A stretch of DNA of 64,000 nucleotides, taken from positions 3,416 to 67,415 of the forward strand of contig CAZEEI010000005.1 in the NCBI GenBank assembly GCA_964511175.1, written 5' to 3'. This document shows positions 8,136 to 16,130 of this stretch, piece by piece. The position numbers and the translations under genes are program-made. Position 1 is the first letter of the stretch. The number at the start of each line of letters is the position of its first letter. The notes beneath the pieces are model-generated. The model was given only the letters and a program-made list of their open reading frames with translations. It did not search any database and was not told where the DNA came from. This stretch comes from an uncultured Pseudomonadales bacterium (GTDB lineage Bacteria > Patescibacteriota > Microgenomatia > UBA1400 > UBA1396).

Positions 8136-9092
8136 TTAACGCAAGCTTGGAGAAGATTGAACAACGTAAAAACTTCTCTTTTTTGAACCATCCAAACCCG
8201 TAGCAAATCCTGTGATAAGTCCCCGGCGATTAATATAATCGCTAGCTGTTTCACTGGTCATTACCTGGCTACATACTTGACGAAGCTGCACTCGCCAGGC
8301 CGCACTGTCAGCCGCGGATAAAGAATCTACATCGTAAGGTATTTCGACTAAAAATTTGTTGGGTAGTGATTTTGAACCAACTTCAGCAATAATCGGCAAG
8401 TTTGCCACATCATTGAGTGTTAGTGGTTGATAACTACCTGTGTGAATACCATTAAGACGTTTTTTTGTTGCAGGTTCATTAAGATTCCAGCGCACAGTAA
8501 AGCGATCGGTTGGATTCTCGCCATAGAGTTCACTGGATACTCTGCCATATTTGTTTACTGTGTATTTGTAACCGACAGCCCCTAATTTTTCTAAGTTTAA
8601 CCTAGCATTACTGCCGCGAAGCGGATCGTAAGTCCAATCTATTTCCGCAATCCCTTTAGCTTTAGCCAGTGCAGCTTGAATAAGCGAAAGATTCCAGCCC
8701 AGATCCTTACGGTAGCGCAGTGAGGGGTTGACACCGATCATATGTAAAATAAGCTTGCCGTCGATTGTACCCATAGTGAACACAAATCCTTCAAGCTGAC
8801 CCGAATTGTTCCGCGCAACAACAACATCCCCACCGGTATCACCAGCTATTGCTAGTAAATTACTGGGAACTAAATCCCGCGCGCCCATACCCCAGACCTG
8901 ACCCTGCAAACTGGTCACTTCTTCCAGAGCGGGAATATTCTTCCAATCCACCACTGAAAAAATAGTGTCTTTTCCGGCAAGCTCTTTTTGCCAAGAACGC
9001 GGGTCGACCTGTTGAAAACCAAAATTCTCCGGCCGCAGATATCCAGCTTTGTCTATTTCTATTCCTGAGTGTTCTTTTTTTTGAAAAGGCAT
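8136..9092 (-). CDS. GNAT-fold amino acid N-acyl(succinyl)transferase, NSAR-associated family
   Basis: LQGQVWG, HMIGV, WTYDPLRGSNARLNLEKLG and PTDRFTVRW motifs; adjacent to the NSAR gene. Confidence 0.85.
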   Translation of the reverse strand: MPFQKKEHSGIEIDKAGYLRPENFGFQQVDPRSWQKELAGKDTIFSVVDWKNIPALEEVTSLQGQVWGMGARDLVPSNLLAIAGDTGGDVVVARNNSGQLEGFVFTMGTIDGKLILHMIGVNPSLRYRKDLGWNLSLIQAALAKAKGIAEIDWTYDPLRGSNARLNLEKLGAVGYKYTVNKYGRVSSELYGENPTDRFTVRWNLNEPATKKRLNGIHTGSYQPLTLNDVANLPIIAEVGSKSLPNKFLVEIPYDVDSLSAADSAAWRVQLRQVCSQVMTSETASDYINRRGLITGFATGLDGSKKRSFYVVQSSPSLR

Positions 9093-9100
9093 CTATACTC

Positions 9101-10276
9101 CTATCTTTGATCCATGATGATCTTTAGCCGCCGATCCAATTCGTGTATATTCGCCTCATTGCCAGGTATACGTAGCCTAACTATTGAATCATCCATTTTT
9201 GCGTGAGTAGGTTTGAATGTTCCACCATCCTCAGAGCTAACTCCATATTCTAAGAGTTTGCCATAAAATCCTTCTGGTCCTCTGGCCATTAAAATACTTA
9301 CGGAAGGATGGGTGGGAGCCACGGCAACATTATTCGCCTGTAGAACCTCCACCAATTTAGTCTTCAGACTAGCAGTCTTAGCTCTAATTCCTGGTAAGAA
9401 CTTGGCCAGTATTTGAGAGTTAAGAGCAACTTGACTAAGCAAGTGAGTGATAGCATCGACGGTAAAAACCAGTTCAAAATTGCGGTACACATCACCCAAA
9501 TCCTTGGACATAACCGCATAACCCAAACGCGGAGAAGCCAGGCCTATCCCTTTAGAGATAGATCGCAAAACAATGAGATTAGAAAATTGTTCTGTCAATG
9601 GAATAGCCGAGTTCTGGTCGTCTATCAAATCGGCATAGGCTTCGTCAATGATAACGAGGTCTCTATTTTGAGTAACTTGAAGCAATCTGGATAACATTTG
9701 TTGGGTAACAGCGTCACCGGTTGGGTTGTTGGGATTATCAACATAAATTACCGCTTCTTTACGACTTTTTCTGCGATTATCAATCAGGGCCTGAATACTA
9801 TCTACCATTGGTGAGCCTAATTCCAGCTGAATGGGAAAATAGGGGATAGCAGCCCGGTCAGCCAGTAAAGCAATGTTAGTGAACTGCGGACCATAACCAA
9901 TCACTTGAGCGCCACCACGCACGGCATCATGAGAAACAAAGTCTGATAATATTGCCGCTAACAGGCCATAGCTCCCTGCACCATTAAAGAAAATCGGAGA
10001 AATTGGATTGCCGTCTTTATCTCTGTGATCGGTAAGACCAAAACGTCTTCGCACACTCTCTTGCAACTTACGAGCGTAAGGATCCTCGGGATATTCATTG
10101 ATCAAGCGTGGCGTAATTTTGCGGAGAGCGGCATTAATTTCTCTAGGATATCCCAATGGTGAATGTCCTAAACCGCAATCAATTAGAGGAAAATTAGGGT
10201 TAGTTTTAGGCTTCTGAGAAACATAATCTTCACGCTCAATGGGCCTCTTTAACAATCTTGCTCTGACTTTATTCAT
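9101..10276 (-). CDS. class I/II PLP aminotransferase (HisC/aromatic aminotransferase-like)
   Basis: YVDNPNNPTG, IIDEAY and LRSISKGIGLASPRLGY motifs. Confidence 0.9.
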   Translation of the reverse strand: MNKVRARLLKRPIEREDYVSQKPKTNPNFPLIDCGLGHSPLGYPREINAALRKITPRLINEYPEDPYARKLQESVRRRFGLTDHRDKDGNPISPIFFNGAGSYGLLAAILSDFVSHDAVRGGAQVIGYGPQFTNIALLADRAAIPYFPIQLELGSPMVDSIQALIDNRRKSRKEAVIYVDNPNNPTGDAVTQQMLSRLLQVTQNRDLVIIDEAYADLIDDQNSAIPLTEQFSNLIVLRSISKGIGLASPRLGYAVMSKDLGDVYRNFELVFTVDAITHLLSQVALNSQILAKFLPGIRAKTASLKTKLVEVLQANNVAVAPTHPSVSILMARGPEGFYGKLLEYGVSSEDGGTFKPTHAKMDDSIVRLRIPGNEANIHELDRRLKIIMDQR

Positions 10277-10325
10277 ATTTTACAAGTATATGGGTTTTGC
10301 ATATTTTACAAGTATATGGGTTTTG
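10274..10325. repeat. perfect 26-bp tandem duplication containing a -10 box and start codon
   Basis: CATATTTTACAAGTATATGGGTTTTG twice (10274-10299, 10300-10325); the minus strand reads TATACT-tgtaaaat-ATG. Confidence 0.95.
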
Positions 10326-10363
10326 TTCGTGCTGTCAATAATTAGTCATGATAGAATTTAACC

Positions 10364-11440
10364 ATGACCAAAACTCGGGAAGATCTATTAAAAATAATTA
10401 AATCTTTAGTAAGCTACCAAACAACTAATGATAATTTCGCTGCCATTACGGAATGTTATAACTATGTTGATCGACAATTAGATTTTTTCCCATTCCATAA
10501 AAAAATTATCAACCACAACGGTGTCAAGTCGCGCCTTTGGACAACCACAAAAAATAAACATCACACCTATATTTTAAATGCCCACGTCGATGTTGTGCCG
10601 GGAAGTAATAAATTATTCGCTCTGCGGCGCAAAAACGATAAACTATTTGGCCGTGGTGTTTCCGATATGAAGTACGCCATAGCGGTTTACATCCAAACTT
10701 TGCGCACTTTATACGAAAAAACAAAACGGCTGCCATCTCTGGCCCTAATCCTGACCGCAGATGAAGAGCGGGGCGGCCTAAATGGGACGGGCTATCTGGT
10801 TAAAGATTTGGGTTATCGGGCTGACCTTGCTTTTGTGCCGGATGGAGCAGAAAACGATCGTATTGTTGAAGAAGCCAAAGGAGTACTACAACTTAAAATT
10901 ACAACGCGGGGTAGGAGTGCTCATGCCGCGCGATTGTGGGAGGGGATAAGTGCCATTGATAATTTATGTCAAGTAATTGATCAATTGCGCCAGAAATACC
11001 CTTTTCCATCCAAACCCGTCTGGAAGACAACTTTAAACTTAGGGCAAATTAGTGGCGGGCAACAAACTAACCAGGTGGCAGATGAGGCTTCTCTTCTAGT
11101 CGATATTCGTTATACACCCAATCAATCCACGGCAAATATCTTGGAAAACATACGTAAAATTTGCCCAGGTTGTTTGGTAGAAATAGTTGTTAAAGCCGAT
11201 GCTTTTCAGATCAATCGTCAAAATCCTTATATCCAGAAATGGAACCAGATTTTAACTAAAGGCGATAAAAATGCATTTATCCGTGAAGACGGGGCTTCGG
11301 ATGGCCGCTACTTTACCGCCCAAGGAATTCCAACCATTGTTAGTAAACCAGAAGGTGGCCTCATTCATACGGAAAAGGAGTGGACCAGCCTTAGTTCGAT
11401 TGAACATTTCAGCCAATGTTTACAGCAGTTTCTCTCATAG
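10364..11440 (+). CDS. M20 family metallo-deacylase (ArgE/DapE-like)
   Basis: NAHVDVVP, GRGVSDMK, DEERGG, GRSAHAA, GASDGRYF and IHTEKE motifs. Confidence 0.92.
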   Translation: MTKTREDLLKIIKSLVSYQTTNDNFAAITECYNYVDRQLDFFPFHKKIINHNGVKSRLWTTTKNKHHTYILNAHVDVVPGSNKLFALRRKNDKLFGRGVSDMKYAIAVYIQTLRTLYEKTKRLPSLALILTADEERGGLNGTGYLVKDLGYRADLAFVPDGAENDRIVEEAKGVLQLKITTRGRSAHAARLWEGISAIDNLCQVIDQLRQKYPFPSKPVWKTTLNLGQISGGQQTNQVADEASLLVDIRYTPNQSTANILENIRKICPGCLVEIVVKADAFQINRQNPYIQKWNQILTKGDKNAFIREDGASDGRYFTAQGIPTIVSKPEGGLIHTEKEWTSLSSIEHFSQCLQQFLS

Positions 11441-11476
11441 TGGGAGTTATTGCTATATAATGCAGTAGGAAACAGC

Positions 11477-12520
11477 ATGACATTATCAGAATTCAAACAA
11501 GAAATTGATTCAGCTCAACAAAAACTTACCGATCTATCGGAGTCAGCCGAACTTAAGACGCTTTTTTTCAGTAAAAAAAGTGGTATTTTCACCAAATTAT
11601 CCAAGGAGTTAGCAAATTTATCTGGTGATAAAAAAGAGGCTGGACTACTTTTATGTTCTTTAAGAATTAAAATTGATAAACAAATAAGAAAGTTGTCAAG
11701 CAATACTCATTCTGTTTGGCAGGATCCCACCCTGCCGCCAGAGGACGTTGAGCTAGGTCGTCTGCACCCCGTTTCCCAGGCCATCCGCGACATCACCCGC
11801 ATTTTTGAGCGGATCGGCTTCACCCGCGCACGTTACCCGGAAGTGGACTGGGACTACTACGCTTTCACCAGCCTCAACATGCCGGCTAATCATCCCGCCC
11901 GCGATGAATGGGAGACTTTCTTTGTGGACGCACCGGCTAATGCGGAGAAGGGCAAAATGGTTCTCACTCCCCACACCAGTAACGGCCAGGTACGGGAAAT
12001 GGAACGCCTCCATCACCAGCCACCGATCCGCATGATTAATATTGCCCGTTGTTACCGTCGTCAACAAGATGTGACTCACACCCAGATGTTCCACCAATTT
12101 GAAGGGTTGGTGGTAGACCAGGGGATCAATATCCAGCACCTCAAAGGCACCATTGATCATTTTGCTCATGAGTTTTACGGTCCAGGCACCAAGTCACGAT
12201 TGCGCCCTTTTCATTTTCAGTTCACCGAGCCATCTTTTGAGGTCGATTTTTCTTGTACCATTTGTGGTGGTTCTGGCAAGGTACTTGACGGTGAAAAGAG
12301 TGAAAAATGCCGTTTTTGTAAATCCGGCTGGCATGAAGTAGGGGGCGCCGGCATGGTCCATCCCAACGTCCTGCGTGCCGGCGGTATTGATCCAGAGGTG
12401 TACACTGGTTTTGCCTTCGGCTGGGGAATCGAACGCACTTATGCCCTCCAAAAAGGTTTAAACCTCGACGATATTCGTCAGCTTTATAGTAGTGATTTAC
12501 GTTTTCTGCAGCAATTCTAG
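11477..12520 (+). CDS. pheS: phenylalanine--tRNA ligase alpha subunit
   Basis: GRLHP, HPARD, HTSNGQVR, FHQFEGL, FQFTEPS and GFAFGWGIER motifs; start ATG 11477. Confidence 0.98.
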   Translation: MTLSEFKQEIDSAQQKLTDLSESAELKTLFFSKKSGIFTKLSKELANLSGDKKEAGLLLCSLRIKIDKQIRKLSSNTHSVWQDPTLPPEDVELGRLHPVSQAIRDITRIFERIGFTRARYPEVDWDYYAFTSLNMPANHPARDEWETFFVDAPANAEKGKMVLTPHTSNGQVREMERLHHQPPIRMINIARCYRRQQDVTHTQMFHQFEGLVVDQGINIQHLKGTIDHFAHEFYGPGTKSRLRPFHFQFTEPSFEVDFSCTICGGSGKVLDGEKSEKCRFCKSGWHEVGGAGMVHPNVLRAGGIDPEVYTGFAFGWGIERTYALQKGLNLDDIRQLYSSDLRFLQQF

Positions 12521-12529
12521 GAGCTTAAT

Positions 12530-14518
12530 ATGAACATTTTAATTCCTCATTCCTGGCTAACCGAATACCTTAAGACTAAAGCTGAACCCGCTGATATCCA
12601 GCGGATGCTGGCTCTCTGCGGCCCTTCCGTGGAGCGAATTGAAGAAGTCGAAGGCGAGCCAGTCTACGATATTGAAATCACCACCAACCGTGTCGATTCG
12701 TTCTCAATTTTAGGAATTGCGCGGGAAGCAGCGGTTATTCTGCCACAGTTTGGCATCGAGGCCAAACTAGCACCACCTATTTTGCCTCTACCAAAAACCA
12801 ATACTGATAACAGCGCTTTGCCACGTTTCACCAATGATCCCAGCCTGAATCGCCGTGTCTTGATGATTTTACTCACGGGCGTTAAACACACCCCCACACC
12901 ACCTTGGATGGCGCGACGCCTGCGTCAGATCGGCCAGAATGTTCATGATAGTGTCATCGACATTACCAACTACATTACGCACGAATTAGGTCACCCCTGT
13001 CACGCTTTTGATGCGGATAAGCTCCAACAACTTGGCGGTGAAATAATTGTGAAAACCGCCAAAGCCGGTTGGCCCTTCACCACGCTGGATGGCGAGTCTT
13101 ACACTACAGTGGGTGGCGAGGTTGTGTTTGTTAACCCGACTGGTGAAATTATTGATCTACCAGGCGTTAAAGGGACAGCCAATAGTGCGGTTGATGACCA
13201 GACCAGTAACGTCTTGTTCTTCATTGAGTCCATTCTGCCGGAGAAAATTCGTTTCACCTCCATGACCCACGCAATTCGTACGCAAGCGGCCCAAATCAAC
13301 GAAAAAGACATTGATCCCCACCTAGCTGACAATACGCTACGGCGGGCGGTCCAGCTTTATCAGGAGTTGACGAGTGCCCAAGTCGCCAGTCCAGTATATG
13401 ACGACTTTCCTGGTAAAAAACTACCTCAAACCATCTCGCTTTCCTTAGCAAAAGTGGTTACTTACCTAGGAATAGAGCTCTCGTTGGAAAAAATCAGCGA
13501 CATCCTAGTTGCTTTGGACTGCCAGGTTGAATCTACTGACGCCAATACCGTGCTAGTTACGCCGCCTACTTACCGCCCGGACTTAAGCATTGAAGCTGAT
13601 TTAATTGAGGAAGTCGCGCGGATCTACGGCTACCACAACTTGCCTAGCGTGTTAATGCCAACCGCCGTTCCCACTATTTATCCGGAAGGCACCAACTTCC
13701 CGCTGGAAGAACGGGTACAACAGTTGCTAGCCGACTTGGGCTACCAGGAACTCTATACTTATTCCCTGGTGAGCGAAGAACTAGCGCGGTTGGTTGATGC
13801 TAACCTAGAGAACACCTTGCCACTCCGCAATCCTTTAACTAGTGACGCGGCCTATTTGCGGCGGCATATTCTGCCCTCTCACGTGGAAGCGATGCATCGC
13901 CAACTGCCCTACACTAAGCTGCGCGGTAGTTTTGAGTTAGCTAATGTTTATGCACCCAGAGAGGGTGATCTGCCGGACGAGCACTTGGTTTTAGCTATTC
14001 TGGACCGTGATTTACGCGCCTTGCGTACTAGTTTGATGGCGCTGTTTAACCGCCTTCACTTAACGGGGATTAAAGTGGATATGACCGAACATAATCCGAA
14101 AATGGCTGATAGGAAAGGGCTTTTTTCAGGTAGTATGGCCGTTATCAGTTGCCACGATCGAGTGCTAGGAAAGATTGGCTATCTTCCTGAAGGATTAGTG
14201 GGTGCAGAGCTGGAGTGGCGCCAATTATTAGCGGTCGCCCGCCGGTATCCAGCGTACCGCAGCTTGCCCACCACGGCGCCTTATTTCGAAGATATCACCC
14301 TAACGATTCCTAACGGCTTACCGGTGGGTAAAGTTCTCACTGCACTGGAATCAGTTAGTGAAGTAATCGATAAAGTCATCCTGCTGGACCGCTACCAAGA
14401 CCGTTGGACTTTCCGTCTACGTTACTGGGACCGAGAGAAACAAGTTGATGCCCAACAAGCCCAGCAGCTGCAGGAACAGGCTTTGGCGGCAGTCGCAAAA
14501 CTGGGCGTAGGATTTTAA
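12530..14518 (+). CDS. pheT: phenylalanine--tRNA ligase beta subunit (short form lacking the B2 OB domain)
   Basis: EITTNRVD, IDITNY, HAFDAD, RPDLSIEADLIEEVARIYGY and NPL motifs. Confidence 0.96.
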   Translation: MNILIPHSWLTEYLKTKAEPADIQRMLALCGPSVERIEEVEGEPVYDIEITTNRVDSFSILGIAREAAVILPQFGIEAKLAPPILPLPKTNTDNSALPRFTNDPSLNRRVLMILLTGVKHTPTPPWMARRLRQIGQNVHDSVIDITNYITHELGHPCHAFDADKLQQLGGEIIVKTAKAGWPFTTLDGESYTTVGGEVVFVNPTGEIIDLPGVKGTANSAVDDQTSNVLFFIESILPEKIRFTSMTHAIRTQAAQINEKDIDPHLADNTLRRAVQLYQELTSAQVASPVYDDFPGKKLPQTISLSLAKVVTYLGIELSLEKISDILVALDCQVESTDANTVLVTPPTYRPDLSIEADLIEEVARIYGYHNLPSVLMPTAVPTIYPEGTNFPLEERVQQLLADLGYQELYTYSLVSEELARLVDANLENTLPLRNPLTSDAAYLRRHILPSHVEAMHRQLPYTKLRGSFELANVYAPREGDLPDEHLVLAILDRDLRALRTSLMALFNRLHLTGIKVDMTEHNPKMADRKGLFSGSMAVISCHDRVLGKIGYLPEGLVGAELEWRQLLAVARRYPAYRSLPTTAPYFEDITLTIPNGLPVGKVLTALESVSEVIDKVILLDRYQDRWTFRLRYWDREKQVDAQQAQQLQEQALAAVAKLGVGF

Positions 14519-16110
14519 ATGTTAAATCCATGCCGACGCAACATTTCCTTGGATCGTTTATTCATACCGCGCGTTAGTTCAGTAATGGGCGCCTCATATT
14601 CCTGACCGGCGCCAAGATGAAAATGCAGATTTCTCCCTCCTAAAAAGTAAGGCTGAAGACGCATTGTTTGGTTGAAGCCAAAATTAAGACAAATACTGGT
14701 AGTTTCGTTGTCAGAAGCAAAAACTTCGGCTCCGGTTTGGGAAAGATTAGCAGCTAGACTGTCTGGGCCACGGCCAACATAGCAAGAGTCTAAAACGAAC
14801 TTCGGCTGCGACTGGAAACAAGCCATAAACCTAGCCAAAAAACTGCTTTGCGGCCGCAGCGCTATTCCTTTTAACATTTTTTTAATGCTTTCAACCGTTA
14901 CCTGATCATATGGCTTCTCCAGATAAAGAATCGTATCCCCACCATGAGAGTGCTCCACCAACCCAGCGAATAAGCCAAAATGTTGGACCCAATTTTCTAA
15001 GGTATGCAGCATATCAATCGGCTGGCCGTACTCCATCACTAGAAGGTTACAAGTAACTTTGCCGTGGTTGCGCGCCTCCACTTGGTGCATTTTAGTATGT
15101 AGTAGTTCCAGCATATCTTTGCCATCGTACATTTTGCCGGAATGATCATCGTGCGGTTTTACTACCAAAAAGTTTACTGTCCTGGGCGCTTTTTTAACTT
15201 CCTGATTAGACCAACCCTTCTCACCGCGATCGCGCAACTTTTTTACCTGTTCGACCAAGACAGACAGGGGATAGCGGGCAAAACAATAAACCAGTTTCCG
15301 TTGTATTAGGAAAGCGGCAGCACCAGGCAGTGCTGCCTCTAGATCCTGGAGCGCTTGGTAATTATTGGTAAGAGTAACCGGTGCCTGCTTGGGACTACTG
15401 CGTAGCCAACGGTCTAACGTTTCTTCACTTTCTGGCAGGGTTAAAGCCAGCTCGCTTTGGAGATAAAGTAAAAACCACTGCCGCAAAGTGGATTCGATTT
15501 GAGGGTCGGCGGAGTGGAGGAAAATTAAATACTCGGCCGGATCAGTGTTGCGGCGCAACCTCGTTAGTAACGCTTCATTCACATTTGGATCCGAGCGATG
15601 GCGAAGGTAGTTGGTAATCACCTGGTGAATAGTGAAGGTATAGTCCAGGTTGTGGGTGCTGATATGGTCAATTAAAGAAGGTATGGCCTTTTTGGCCAAT
15701 TCGCCCGCCCGTAACCAAGCCTGATGGGATTCGATTTGTTGCAGGCTGGTAATTAAATCTAAAATGGTGTCAACCCCTAAGGGATGCTTGTGCCAATATG
15801 CCGGCGATTGTAGTTGGACAACTAGTAATTCTCCAATACCATGGTAGATGGCTAAAACAAAATCCTGTGCTTCTGGCCGTTCGCGAAGGTTGGTAACCAC
15901 TAGATAGGCAAATAAGCATTGGCCAGCACGGATAAACTCCATCGGATCAGCTTGTTGAAAATAAGTAATTATTTCGGCTTGGACTGCGGTAGCGTTATTC
16001 GCGTCGGCATCAAAAAGTCTAAAGGCAGCTTCCAATTCCGGAGATCCACCCGACCAGCCAGGCTTGGTTTCCGTTCTTACCGACCAACTGCGCGGGGCTT
16101 CCGTTCCCAT
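14515..16110 (-). CDS. hypothetical protein with putative C-terminal clan CD (caspase-like) cysteine peptidase motif
   Basis: Helical N-terminus; LVEHSHGG and FVLDSCYVG suggest an HG/SC dyad. Confidence 0.55.
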   Translation of the reverse strand: MGTEAPRSWSVRTETKPGWSGGSPELEAAFRLFDADANNATAVQAEIITYFQQADPMEFIRAGQCLFAYLVVTNLRERPEAQDFVLAIYHGIGELLVVQLQSPAYWHKHPLGVDTILDLITSLQQIESHQAWLRAGELAKKAIPSLIDHISTHNLDYTFTIHQVITNYLRHRSDPNVNEALLTRLRRNTDPAEYLIFLHSADPQIESTLRQWFLLYLQSELALTLPESEETLDRWLRSSPKQAPVTLTNNYQALQDLEAALPGAAAFLIQRKLVYCFARYPLSVLVEQVKKLRDRGEKGWSNQEVKKAPRTVNFLVVKPHDDHSGKMYDGKDMLELLHTKMHQVEARNHGKVTCNLLVMEYGQPIDMLHTLENWVQHFGLFAGLVEHSHGGDTILYLEKPYDQVTVESIKKMLKGIALRPQSSFLARFMACFQSQPKFVLDSCYVGRGPDSLAANLSQTGAEVFASDNETTSICLNFGFNQTMRLQPYFLGGRNLHFHLGAGQEYEAPITELTRGMNKRSKEMLRRHGFNI

Positions 16111-16130
16111 AACCAGCGTATTCTACCGTA

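Noticed and set aside
4790-10330. Invertible segment that would place the Phe attenuator upstream of M20-pheST
   Set aside because: Flipping it would make all genes co-directional, but no inverted repeats or recombinase were found and M20 and pheS have their own promoters; only read mapping could revive the idea
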